From the NCBI GenBank assembly GCA_964057225.1, contig OZ059899.1:6324001-6388000 (forward strand): a DNA stretch of 64,000 nucleotides, written 5' to 3'. Position 1 is the stretch's first letter, and every line of letters begins with the position of its first letter. Positions 40,162 through 54,100 of this stretch are shown here, one piece after another. The position numbers and the translations under genes are program-made. This DNA is from Auanema rhodensis. Taxonomy: Eukaryota > Animalia > Nematoda. Under the pieces are notes generated by a model. It did no database searches. It saw only the letters and a program-made list of their open reading frames with translations, and was not told the origin of the DNA.

Positions 40162-40454
40162 AGAATTGTGCTGAAAAAAAAAAAGGAATTGGAAAATCAA
40201 AGCTATATACCTCTCTAGGCATCTGAACCGGGGGAAATCTTGGTTGTTCCACACTATGGAGAAAAGACAAAATAGCTTCCTTATTTTCAATAAGGAACGA
40301 CTGCACGTCTGCAAATTAAAAAAAATTGTGAAATAAATATGAATAAAAAACGATTTATGTTGATGTGCACTCATAGCACAACAAAAACAAATTACGAAAG
40401 AATCATAAAAATTTATTAAGGCAAAGCTTGACCATAAAGCTCACGAGCAAATTT

Positions 40455-40505
40455 CGCAAAAATAAATCTGGAATTTAGGCGCGCATTAAATTTTACCGCG
40501 CAAAA
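40455..40505. promoter_or_regulatory. CGCG-rich promoter motifs upstream of rsp-8
   Basis: TTTCGC, GGCGCGC and CCGCGC clustered ~150-200 nt upstream of the first exon, as in the rps-4/rpb-12 promoter. Confidence 0.5.
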
Positions 40506-41793
40506 AAAAAATTTAAATTTAAAATACCGTAGTCATGTAATAAACATCGGCTGTTGAATTCTTTCACGTAGCGCTGCTGACTGTAGGTAAATGTCTGGTT
40601 ATTTTTCGACATGAGAGGAAGAATTTGAATTTTGCCTTCCGTATACTTGTATATTTATGATATTTGAATAAATCATCATCAATTATTTTCGTAAAAAATA
40701 ATAAGAGGCTATTTGGAGTAATGTTCCTAATTAGGCATTTGTAAGCAGTTGTGAATTTGATCATGCGGTAATTAATTTCACGTTTTTGTTAGAAGTTTCA
40801 ATGCTCTTATTGATTGGAGCCATTTGAGTTTGACACATGTTGTTAGCAATTGTTTCGTCAAAATCTACTTTTTTTTTACAGCGTGGCCTTTGGTCAAACA
40901 GAGGAAGATAGTAATTAAAATAATTGATAATCAGTAAAATACGTAAAATACTTACCATGATATGGAGCAGATTTCATTTTGTACGAAGAATGGTTTGAAC
41001 TGAAATGTATAAAATGAATAAAAATTTTAAAAACAAGATAACAATAAACGAAAAATGTTTTAAAAATCTATAACTGAATTTAAACTTTCAGAAAATAGCC
41101 AAGATATGGATTAGAGTTCTTTCTGGGAGAATATCGCATAAAATCGATGAAAAGTTATGACATTAGTATGATCATCTTGATTTTCTTTTTTCTAGCTGCA
41201 TAGACTAGGTACTAGGAGGGTACAATATATCAGAAAGAATATGGGGATTGCTCCTTCTGTTACAACAGCAGTCTGACAGGAAAAAAAAGTGAGAGATAGA
41301 GGAAAACTTTGAAATTCGTGAAGCGAATATGAAGAAGAAATCGGTGCGTGGACGAGATCAAATACGATTAGCCAATTGGGTCACACATGCAGTAATTCAA
41401 TGTGTATATCGTGTTTTTTTCCGCCTGATATGAAATCAGTTCCTAGTTAAGCAGTTGTGGTTGGTATTCATAAGTATTTCTGGTTTTTGCTGACAAACTC
41501 AATGAATACCTCTAAAATGCTGAGCTTGGTCGTAAAGCAGCTAAAGTTGTGAAGGAAACAAACGACTGAGCAGATCTGGAAGGTAGCAGCACCATGGAAA
41601 CAGCGGAAGTTTCTATACTATTTCTATGTCCTTTCTTGGTTACTCGTTGGCACTTTGATCGAAGAACAGGCGTTTAGTCAATCGATGATTTATTCTACGA
41701 TAAATAAACTCTACAACATAAATAAGGGTCAATTAGTTAATCGAGAATAAGAAAGACAATATAATTAAAAATAAATTAAAGTATATGTATTAT

Positions 41794-42809
41794 TTAAGAA
41801 TAGACTATATCTGATACATCATCATCTCTAGAATTCGGCGACGAATGAAAATTGTTTCTGACAAAACCGTCGTTAAAATACTCAACCGAGTCATCCTCGT
41901 TATCTCCATTAGGAACTTCGTCTTCAATGTAAGTATCGTCAAACGTGTTATCCTGTTGAATGTTCGAATTTTCCCATTGGATTTCAGCTATGTCAAATTG
42001 TTCCTGTTCAAAGAGAGCACGTCCGGCACCATATAATGGAGCAGCAGGCAACTGAGCACCGAGTACTGGTGGAGTAGGTGAAGCAGGCTAAAGTAGGAAA
42101 AACATTAGTTACCCTTCATTCATCTAAGCAATGAATAATGCAAATGAATATTACCCCCGAAGCTCCTGGAAAGCAAGATTCTAATATATACATGTGGTAG
42201 AGATGACCGTCGGGACCATCAAACAATGCAGAAAAGTCTGATTTAAATTGAGTTTCCGTTGCTTCACCACGTCCAAAAGGATGCAACTCCAGATAATAAT
42301 CTCTGGCATGCTTAAACATGTGCTTATCAAGAATATCACTGAAACTTTAAGATAATTAACTCTTCTTATTTCTTATAGTTACGGTGAATTCCGAACGTTT
42401 TTATGGCATTGACGACAATAGACAAATATTTGAGGAAGCTGAATACTCTACAACAAAGAGTGAATTGATTTAGAAGCAAAATATGACTTACATGTGCTAT
42501 AGACGGAAAACATCTTCTCACAAAGTCTTTCATCTGCCTGTTATAAAAATACATATTATCAATTACTTTAACAGCGTGAGATCCGGGATGCATCTGATGA
42601 TAATGACGGTAAGCATCTTCAACATTGTCAACGCCTTCGAGACATAGAGAACAATAGTACGTTGCAAGATTAATATGTTTTTCTTCCATATGACGGATCA
42701 ATTCTATTCTGAATGCATTTTGTAAGAAAATACATTGCAATACTTAATCTTACCTGCCTAGCTGAACTAGCTCAGAGCAAACTTCACATGAGATGGCTTG
42801 GACGATCAT
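41794..42809 (-). CDS. C2H2 zinc-finger protein (three fingers, acidic C-terminal tail)
   Basis: Spliced model with CEVC...HMEEKH, CSLC...HYHQMH and CRQC...HMFKH, a repeated CFP motif and a D/E-rich tail. Confidence 0.85.
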
Positions 42810-43082
42810 TGTTGCCCAGGAGCAGAGGATTGTTGCAATTACAGATAAAAATGAATTAATGCTCAAGATTTATTCTTATATAGAAAAGATTAATGAACAT
42901 GTCAAATGGGTCAAAGCTATGAGTATTACTTAATACCTTAGGATACATGTTCAGTAATTTTGTCATGTATTGTTATTAAATAAGAAAGGTTTTAATAATG
43001 ATGAACATATATATATTTATTGCCTGAACAATATAAGAATGAATTTTATGCAAAAAATTAAGATAAATAAATAAATAGGTTA

Positions 43083-44768
43083 TTATAAGTTGGATCTCAG
43101 CTTCTTAAACTCTTCAGCACTGTAAAATTTTGGTGCTGCATTAGGTATCCATTTATCATTTTCCTTAGTAAATGTATTTCGTTGCATGTTATGAGCAAAA
43201 GTTCCACAGTCGTTTAAATCTAAGACTGGTGTAACGCAGGCATCTTTTCCTTAAAAAATTGAGGTTAAACATCTGTTTCAAGTTTAATAGAACCTTTAAA
43301 AATAGCTGTCCATTCTTCTTGAGTTTTTGACTTAAATATAGATTCCATTCTGGCAGTGGTGCCTACTGGATTTGCATAAACATCGCTTATACTATCTTCC
43401 ATTCCCAAAACTATAAAAAGCGTATTTTTGATTTTATACATAAGTTTTTTTACCTTTGAATAGATTCATATTAAACTTTGGTTCCAATGCTCCCACGGCC
43501 ATAAACTTACCATCTTTAGTTTCGTAAGTCCTAAAAAAAATCTAAAAATTATGAAAAAACGGTGTTAAACCTTATGAGCATATTGAGACCATAAGTAGGC
43601 ATGATTACTGATAGTTTTGAACAAGGAATACTTTGATATAAATACTAGTCTCTAATTGTAAACAGATTGTATAAACATGTTCGTCTTATCGGAATTTAAA
43701 CATTAAAAACTTTCTGATTTTAAGTTCATCTCAATATAAACATAAGTGAGAAGGAAAACAAGTTCAATACAAACCTGTATATAGGACATTTCCCTTGAAA
43801 TGCTGCAAACGACATTTTCCAAAGATGCTCCATATCTTGATATTGAGACACGAAGCTTCCCAGGTATGCTAAACCTTCAACCATTGAGCAATCGACGATA
43901 CATCCTTGTCCACCTATATTTTCTTAAGTTCTTCGAAAAAAAAAACTCAAATAACCATTGTTTTGTCGACTAAATAAAGCTGCCACTATTCCAAAAGCTG
44001 CCGTTAGTCCACCACCCGCAAAATCTGCCAATAAATTTGCTGGAGGCCAAGGTGGATTTCGATTTTCACCAGTAATAATTGGAAGCAACCCTGGAAACCA
44101 GGACCGAGGTTTTTAATTTATGCTTTAATGAATTTTCTACCAGAAAGAGCAACATAATTAATGTCATGTCCTGCTTCCTGACTTAATTCTCCAGTCTGAC
44201 CATATCCTGTCAGTCTACATACTACTAATTTTGGATTTTCCTTGAAAACCTCGTTTTACATATATATGAATAGTTCATTACCTCCAAGAGTTCGACAGGA
44301 TCAAGTCCTATTTTCTCCAAAATTCCTGGCCTAAATGGATCAAGAAGAACATCACTCGTTTTCGCCAAGTTTTTCACAATTTCAACACCTTCTTTTGTAC
44401 GTAAATCTACTCTTATAGATTCTTTTCCTCTATTCAATCTTTGTTCCACAGTTTCGTACTCCTCCTGAAAGAAATGTTAACTTTTTCTTAATTTTTTTCA
44501 ATAATAAAATGAGACTACTAAATTAAATTTAGAACTGTAAGTTATTTTTCAAATTAACAAAAAAAAATATGAACCAGATAAAAAAGATATACTCTCATAG
44601 TATGTTTATATGGAGATGATATCTAATTTATAACGATAGCTATACCTTTGATTTTTGTATAAGCGTTACTTGAGCTCCAGCATCTGCTAAAAGTAAACCA
44701 CAATGTGGAACTGGGGCTAACCCTGCAAGTTCAACCACTTTTACACCATGCAGAAGACCTTTCTTCAT
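43083..44768 (-). CDS. Alpha-methylacyl-CoA racemase (CaiB/BaiF CoA-transferase family III)
   Basis: [36 protein letters not shown], catalytic GHDINY and [26 protein letters not shown]; C-terminal SNL is a PTS1-like tripeptide. Confidence 0.95.
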
Positions 44769-45535
44769 ACTAAATTTGTAAATATTGTAAACTATTAATA
44801 TATAATAGATATGAATTTGAAATTTTATTTGGAAAAAAATTAATGTTCAAAAATCGGCTACAATACGGTAAGATCATATGTACATATTTATTATTAGACA
44901 TACCATAAAGTTTTAGATGATAGGAAGAAGGGTAGCATCAGTATGAGAATGAGTAAAAAGAGGAAGATGAGTTAGAAGGACATAACAAGAAGTAATAAAA
45001 TGAATTAGAATATGTGTTTAGAAATGAAGAAAACTACTAAAACACTTGAAAAGTGAAATATTTCTAGAAAAGAGTAAAAATACATTAGTATAGTTAACAG
45101 AAGAATTGAAATTGAAAACAAAGACATGTATCAGTTTGCATGTATTCCAAATTAGGTGTCATCGCAATTTACTAATAATTTTATAAAATATGATCCAACA
45201 ATTACCTTCTATCATATATTGTACACTAACAACATAATTAGATCAAGTTTTCAAAATAATCCAAAAGAATATTAAGAAGTATTATTTAGAAATTGTTAAA
45301 AGAAATTGGAAAAATTCTTTTTATTTTTTTGTTAGTTGGGAAGGGAGACAATTGGTACAAAGGACAAACAAATCGATACCTATAGCAAAGTCAGCATGAT
45401 AAGACTACCATGGAAATAAGAACATAGTACATTTATTACTAGGACTTAAATTCATTTAATTTCCTTTTTTCAATAAAAATAAGATTTATACATATAATTA
45501 TTTATTTTAGCACATTTATCATACAATAGTTATGT

Positions 45536-46599
45536 TTACTTTACATGTTTATCAGCAAATTCAGTAAGCTCTTTTAGATACTTTTGTGAGTCAGCAGTTT
45601 GAATGATCTGAAAATAAATTATACTCATTATTCTTCAACAAATTACTATTTGAATTTCAATAAATTCGAGTTGAATTGTTTTAATAGTAGATAATAATCT
45701 CTTTTACCTCCCCAGCAGTCATTTTTTCTCGAAGGTAAAGCCCTATAGCTATATTTTTCATGGCATGAACTGCAGAAAATGGATCATCGCCTGAAATTGT
45801 AGAAGATTAATATTCAGTAAAAGCACTCTTAATAACCATCAATACTAGCTATTATTAATTGTCCATTTTGTTTTGTTATATCAGTTGTGTGAATATTATA
45901 TAAATCAAGACGATTGCAGCCATGCCCATCAAGAAAAACGTCAGCTTTTCTGAAATAAATCTTATTGGTCAACTTCAACAAATGTTTTGTTTAGAGTGCG
46001 TTCTATTGCTATTACAAATCTTAATCTCCAGTTGTGTAGCGTTCGTGGTGTAATGGTCAGCATGGATGCCTTCCAAGCATTCGACGGGGGTTCGATTCCC
46101 CCCGAACGCAGATTATTTTTTTTTTATTCTTTCAAGAGAACATCCTTTTTTTTCGAGTTATTTTAATTTGCAAAGTAGTTTTTTTGTATTACCTGAGCAC
46201 ATTTTGCAAGTAAGATCGTCCTTGATCACATTTAAGATCCAGTTCCCTCACGCTGTTAACAGATGGTGGTTTTTCACCTTTAACGGAATAATGAGAAACA
46301 CTTGCACCATGATCTTGAAGAACTTTTGAAATCAAAAGTGCTTTGCTATTATCATGTAAGATTGCAACCTGAAATGTGTTAAAGGTTTATTATATAAATT
46401 TATATTTCTATGAGCAAACCTTAACTCCATTCAATTGTTGATTTTGCATCGCTGCCCTTAGCAAAACATTAGATCCAATATAAAAATCGCCAGCGCCCTG
46501 AAGAAAAAAAATTTTTCCTTTTTATTAATTTGATTCTATAGGACATACTCTAGATGATACAGCTGTAAACAGAGAATATGTTTTTTTGAATAAACTCAT
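45536..46599 (-). CDS. Short (~190 aa) divergent AMACR/CoA-transferase-III paralog with an N-terminal extension
   Basis: Six phase-consistent exons with no stops and strong ttcAG acceptors. LNGVKVAIL, LQDHGASV, ELDLKCDQGR, KADVFLDG, QNGQLIIASIDG and GLYLREK align collinearly to the neighbouring AMACR. Confidence 0.8.
46039..46110 (+). tRNA. tRNA-Gly, anticodon TCC
   Basis: GCGTTCG/CGAACGC acceptor stem, TGGTGTAATGG A-box, CTTCCAA anticodon loop, GGTTCGATTCC B-box and a downstream T-run terminator (~46116-46125). Confidence 0.98.
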
Positions 46600-48170
46600 G
46601 CTTATCTAAAAATGAATATTAATACAAAAATCGGTGAAAACAATAATTTTCAATAAAATAAATAAGTTTTGAGCTGTGATTTAGTATGATTACTAGCACA
46701 AAGAGTTTGTAATACAAAAAGGAAGAAAATAAAGCACATAGAAAAAGAAAACAAATTAGAAGAAGATTGGAAAATGTCTACAAACGTATAGGAAATGTGA
46801 GACATGATGAGAAAACCCAAGAACCCATGACTATTGAACTAGGGAGCATCAACAAACCTTAGATGAATGAGTATCAGCTCTGAGACTTAGTACTAGAAAA
46901 TTTTTAATTGAAGACTCCAAGATTAAAATTAAGAAAATCGGATGCTGATAAAAAGAATAAAAGAGCAAAAAGTATACTAGTAAGCTATATGTATTTGCAT
47001 TGCTCGTTGTGCAAAACCTTACCGTTTGCTACGAATTGAGCAAGAGACATCGAGTTGCTTGCATCTTTCGCATTCTTTTTCTCTCACTATTATTCAATTT
47101 AATTTTTGAGAAGAATAAGATAAATAAATAGATATAATCTTTACTTTTATTAGTCTTCAAGCATTTTTATTAATTGATGGTTTGTTTTTATAATATAAAT
47201 ATAAAATATGTATTAAGATATTAAAGTATAGCAATTGATATGAAATTTCTTTTCAATCACTTATATATATATATATGCTATGGGTAACCAATAATGTTTT
47301 GGTACTGCTGGACATAAGCTGTTTTTCAAGCATTTCTTTGTCAATATCTTTTTTCTTACACATATCCTGAGATTATCCAGTTTTTTTTGTGATAATAACT
47401 TAGTTTTATCATTGAAGTATTTAAGAATTTATTTAAAATTGTATTGTAAGAGAAAAAAGGGATCTGAAATCATTTAAGTTATTCAGAGTTGTTAATATAT
47501 TTATTTTAAAGAAATTAGAAAAAAAAGTGGAATTGTATATAGAAAGCCAAATGGAAATTAGAGAATAGCTGAAAATGAACTAAAGTTGTATGGCCGTTAA
47601 GACCATAAAGTAGAAACTAATTAAAGAATGAAGTGGAATCTATTAAGGCTTGCACACTTAGAGACTTGAGGTAGATAGTGTACTACTAAAAGAAAATTAT
47701 CTACTTCAGCTGATCTGAAAAAGGCAAGTGAGGGACGAACAATCCAAAGAAAAAATTAAATCCGAAAATGAATGAAATGCAGCCAAAGGGTGAAAGATGA
47801 TTCCCATAGAACAAATGAATTACATTGTCTTGCAATCGTAACGTTAAATGAAAATCCTCAGCAACAAATTACTTCAAAGCTTCTGTTGTTAACTGACATA
47901 TTTCAACAGGCAATCTTCAGCAGTATTACAAGAAGATACATCTGAGGACTATTGTGAATGTACTTTCATCATAATTTTTTCATTGTAGTTGTTGTTTTAA
48001 AATTATTTAATAATATTTGTAAAGTTGTTTGTAAAATTAGGATAAAAATATTAATATAACATAAGATATAATTCTAACATGTGAAGATATATATATATAT
48101 ATATTTATTTTTGTTTTAAATTATTTACAATTATTAAACAACTACAATTTCTTAAAAAAGAAATTGATTA

Positions 48171-51100
48171 TTATAAAGAGGCTTGAGTCATTTCATAATA
48201 GAGACCTTTGAGAGCTATCAATTCATCATGATTTCCTTCTTCGGCGACCTAAAACGTTTTTTTTAATTTTCAAAAAAAATTAAATTAGAATCTTACTCTG
48301 CCATCAACAATAACATATATCCTATTAACATTGCGAATAGAAGAAAGACGATGTGCAACTGAAAAATAATTAACAATATTATATTTTATATAGCATAATC
48401 TTACTGTGTACGCAAGTACATGTTTCTCTAGCATTCTCAAATGCTTTTTTCACAGCCTGAAAGAAAACATTTTCGTAATCCCTGGACCCTTTCTTTCTAA
48501 CCTTTTCACTTCCACTGTCTAGAGCAGCAGTAGCTTCATCAAGTAATAATACTACAGGTTTTCGTATTATTGCTCTAGCAATAGCAATTCTCTGCTTTTG
48601 CCCTCCAGATAGTTGAGCTCCGAATTCTCCTACTTCCGTATCGTACCCCTAAAACTTGTAGTTAATTTATACGTTTCTTATTAGTTTATACCTGTGGTAA
48701 AGACGAGATGAAATCATGAATGTTAGCTATTTTAGCAGCTTCAATAACCTTCTCCATAGTAGATTCACTTTCTAGTAAACCATAAGCAATATTCTCTTTG
48801 ATAGTAAATGAAAATAATGTTGGTTCCTGTCCTACTGAAACAACAACCCGCCGAAGATAAGCTGGATTAATAGAACGAACATCATTTTTATCTATTATCT
48901 AAATTATTTTATTTAAATGACCTTTTACAGAAGAAGAAAGCTTACCACACGCCCATCAGTAGGACTGTACATACGTTGAAATAGCCCAATGATAGAGCTT
49001 TTGCCTGAACCAGATGGTCCAACCAGTGCTATAGATGTTCCTGCTTGTACCTATTTTAGCAAAAAAATGTTACAACTCAATTTTTATATCTATATTTACT
49101 TTAATGTTAATTCCTTTCAAAATAGGCACAACTGGTCGAGATGGATAACGGAAGTGAACGTCTTCTAACTGAAGGCTTCCTTGAAGTTTCTATAAGAGGT
49201 TTTTTTCATTTCTATCAAATTATATATATTTATACTGGACGTAATCCTTCTTCAGTTATGTTATCCATATCAACTGGCGCTTCCTTAATTATTCCTACAA
49301 CCGATTCGGCAGCAATACGTGCTTTAGACAGATCAGTAACAGAGGCAATCAGTTGTGAGAAAAAGTTTGCTCCAAACTGTGTAAGGAGAACAACCCTAAA
49401 AATAATTTAAAATTGATATATGAACGTAACGTTAGAACTAGTACAAACCTCATATAATCGAAAACTGATATTTCATTAGACAGCATCATAACTTTTCCGA
49501 AATGAAGAGTAATTGCAATAAGAATATAAGTGAATGAATACTGACAAGCAAAAACAAAAGCCGATATAACTGATTGTCGTTTCATAGCTCTAAAAAAACA
49601 AAATTAATTTAAATAAATAATATTATCTTAAATTACTTGGATAATGGTTTAAGAGCATCAGTGAATACAGAGTAGAAATGTTCTTGCAAGTTATAAGCTT
49701 TAATAGTAGACATATTTGAAAGTACAATAGTAATTAAACTAGCGGCTTTTTTTTCTTCTTCCATCATTTGTCTTTGTCTAAATAATTTCAAAATAAATGA
49801 TAAACAAGAAAAAATTCAAAAACCTTTTAGTTCCTTCTTTAATTTGAAGAAAACGAATAATAAAATAAGCTGGAAATTGGAATGAGCACAAAAGTGCCAT
49901 TTTCCAGTTGATGTATAAGGCTACAACAATGGAAAATACTGAAAGATTAATTTTATAATTATAAAATATAGTTGAGACATACAACTGCAAATAAACGCTG
50001 GGATTAGTAAATCCAGTTTTTGTTCCATTATTTTATTTAATGATTCAGATTCATTAATTATCTTAAAAAGAAAGAATATTTTGTGTATCACGAAGTTGAA
50101 GTTACCTTATGTACTAAACGTCCGGGATTATTTCTTTCTTCATCAAAATATGCTGTTCCATGTCTCATTATCTTAGAAAACATTTCAGTTCTCATGTAAC
50201 TACAAAATCCATGACCATATAAAGCAATAAATAAACGCTAAATAATCAACATATTAGATTTGGAATAACTATAATAATATAAGTACCCCCATAGCTTCAA
50301 AAATAGTTTTAATGATAATTAATGCTGTATAAACAGCTGAAACCATGAATATTTCCTGAGGCCTGTCTTCAATTGGTACGATAGATAGCTAAGACATATT
50401 AATGATTATCATTTAAATATGATAATATACCTCTAATACTGAAGCAACTTGGAAACAAATTAAAAGATAGAAAAAAGCCCGAACAACAGTTGTTGGGATA
50501 GCAGCTATCAAGTAAGTTCTACCTTGTTTGAAGCCTTTGATCAAACGCCAGACAGCGTTATAGTTACTCTTGTGTCCAGGTAACTATAAGTATAATTGAT
50601 ATTAGATATTACTACAAAAAAACTTTTTTACCTTTAAATAATCATCTTCTTCGATTGTAGGGGTGCTACTAACATCAACATCCATTTGACCAACATTAGA
50701 ATACTTGTAATCAAGCCGAGTTGATCTTTTTTTGCTCATTACTAAATTTATTTATTAAAAATTGACAATAAAATATAAACAAACCAGGTAAAGCCAGCTT
50801 TTCACGATCTTGGCTATTAATCGAATACGATTTTCCTAATTTCTTGTTATGCCCTAATGATCTTCTAGCCCAAGCACGTCGATGTGACTCAGGATCCTAA
50901 TCATTACTTTTGTTTTGTTATTATGATGAACCATACTAACCAATGTAGTATCTGCAGATCCAACTGACATAGTTGCCATCAAGGTAGGCTTCTGTGAAGG
51001 ACTACGTGCCAATTGATCCAAGCTTTGATCCATGTACATCTTCAAAATGTTAAAATGAAAAAAGAAATAAAAAGAAGAAAAATATTTACCTTCCTGAATC

Positions 51101-54100
51101 TACCACCTTCTCTAGCTAGGAGTTCATCTGGTGGCCCATCTTCTACAATAGCTCCATCATCAATAACAATAACCCTATCAGATGTTTTAGCTGTTGATAG
51201 TCTGAAATCAGAAACATAAACTTGATAGCAATAGAATTATCCACCTATGGGCAATTGAAATGGTCGTCAAACCTTCCGAAGCTAAGTCAATGGCTTGACA
51301 AACTTCCTCTTCATGCTTATTGTCCAAAGCCGAAGTAGCTTCATCAAAAATGAGTACTGTTGGCTTTCTAGAAAATATAGGTATTGTGTGAAAAATTATA
51401 TGTTTGATACCGGATAACAGCACGAGCAATTGCTACACGTTGCTTTTGTCCTCCAGAAAGTTGAACTCCTCTGTCACCAACTCTTGTCTGCATTCCCATA
51501 GGGAGAGCACTAATGAACTCCCAAGCACCAACTTTTCGAGCAGCAGCATTAATTTCTTGCTAATCAAGTATTACGTATATGATATTGAATTATGAAATGA
51601 TTCTACCTGGGTGGCGTCAAGTCTACCATATCTAATGTTGTCACTTATTGTTCCATCGAATAGAACGGGCTCTTGACTAACCAGGGATAGTTGAGCTCGC
51701 AAATCATCAGGACAGATATTACGGATATTATCTTCATCTAGATAGACCTTTAACAAAATTTATAGCTTGGTACAAAAACTTCAAAGTCTTACGTTTCCTT
51801 TTTGGGGATCGTAAAATCGTAAAAGAAGGGCAGTCAATGTACTTTTTCCCGATCCACTTGGACCTACAATAGCGATACGTTCTCCAGCACAAATAGTGAG
51901 AGAAAATCCTTTAAGAACCTACAAAATAGAATATTCTATAAATAAACACTTTTTGGTCCCTTACTTGTACGTCGGGCCTACTGGGGTAGCTAAAGAAAAT
52001 ATCACGGAATTCAATAGCTCCCTTTCCTAAAATGTTATGATTAATTAACTGATTATGACCAAGTACTTTATCAATCTCCCGTTGTAGCAAATACTCATTA
52101 AGTTTGAAAATTGAAAAAAAAAAGAAATCAATCATGAATATTGGAACAGGTTAACATACCCATGAACTTCATAGAATGGCGTCGATATTTCGGTGTTGGC
52201 ATCGACATAAATGGATGAACGGATGCAAAATAACAACGATCAGGCTCTACTACTGAAGTTTCTTCTGAAGTTAATTGAAATAAAATATAAGAAAATAATG
52301 AAAAATATTACTAAAAATTTTGCCCATTTCCTTAGCGTTTCCCTTTGCTACTCCTGCTCCATTCATATGAAAACCAATAGATATAGAAGTAACACACATA
52401 TACAACATATTAATTGCAACCTAAAAAAGTTTAAAAAAACATAATAGTTAGCAGAGTTCGCATACAGCACATAATGCCCCAGGCTCTTTGTCTCCAACTC
52501 TCCATATTCCGTATGAGAGAGCTGCGGTAAATACTAATTCGGTTAAAAGAACCTGAAAATAGAGTTGTAACTACGGTTATTCGGATAAAAATTTGATAAT
52601 TCATATGAATTTGGAAACAATTAAAATGTTTTTCCTTACTTGTGTTAAACTGTCATAAACTGTTGAAGATCGCAGTCGTTGTTCAGTTAATTGATTATGC
52701 TCATATGAAAACTTTTCAAATCTGAAAACAAATGTATTTGTTTGAATAAATTTTAGATTTCATTTACTTAGCTATAGTCTGACGTTGAGCCGCAAATGAA
52801 ATAACTGTACGAATACAGCTGAATGTTTCATGTACAAGATTAGTTATTTTAGTTTGTAATTTGTTTTCTTCGTCTAATGTTTTGGCAAACCACTGAAAAT
52901 AAAAGATTTAAATTTCACATTCAAATGCTTATAAAAGAACAACCAGTTCTTCTAAATGCTTGCAATAAAATAATATTTAAATATTATGCTAATTTTCTAT
53001 ATTCACGTCAAATGGTTAGATATATAAAACTAGAAATAAATTAAAAAATTGATAAATTTAATATAATTATTGCTATAAATATATTAAAAAGAATAGTAAA
53101 ACTATTACTTACTCGACTGAATAAAATACGACTGATGATTAATAAAGGAATAGCGGTACACATTAACAACATAACATCCCATTGAATATATATACAAACA
53201 ACTGAATTATAAAATTTAAATATAAAATTTAATAATAAAATACTTACTTATATTAACTAGTAGATATATGGTAATAAATAATACCATTGGCATATGATCA
53301 GCTATAGCATTGTAGATGGAATCAGCGTGTCTAATATAATTATCTATTAATATGAAGTTTCTACTATCCATTCATCCCTAATATTTTAAAACTTTTTCTT
53401 TCAATCTTTGAAATATGCTATTTTCTCTTTCCCATTCTTCAAGTTCCAACAAAAATTGTATGAATTCATGCTATTTTGGTTTTTATAATTTCAGAGTTAT
53501 TAGAAATATTTTAAGTATTCACTCATGTAACATCGAAGCGACATGTCCTGATTGTCTTGATTCCAACCATGCCACATCCATATGTAATAACTTTCGAACG
53601 TATGCCCGTTTAATACGAAAAACTTGACGAATTCCCGAGACTTCCCAGGCCAGTCGCTGAATAATAGTCACCAATTAAAGAAAAAAATATTTGACCTTAC
53701 CTGTACGAAAGCCGCCAAAAACATTGTTAAACTTAATGCTAGCATTGCCATAAATGCCGGTGTAGCACTTGATTCAAATTTGTTGTCAACATTTTGGCCT
53801 TCTTGAATGATCGTCATATTTATTGAAGCCGAGGTGGAATTACTTATTCGAAGTTCCTACAATATTATCATTTCCTTTGCATCTTTTGTAAAGTTTTAGA
53901 CTTTTAACCCTATTTTGATATGATTAGTGTTTAATGACTAGTAAAATTAAACATTTGTCGTTATTTTATGCGAGAGATGGAAACAGAACACGTTTGTGAT
54001 CTGCCGTACAGTTTTAGAGGGCAAATACCGATATGACCTGACCAACATGAGAAGAAGACAAACCAAAAGAAAATTGGAAAGACAACAATGCTGCTGATGA

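Noticed and set aside
46066-46329. 87-aa plus-strand ORF
   Set aside because: Starts inside the tRNA and runs antisense to a real exon
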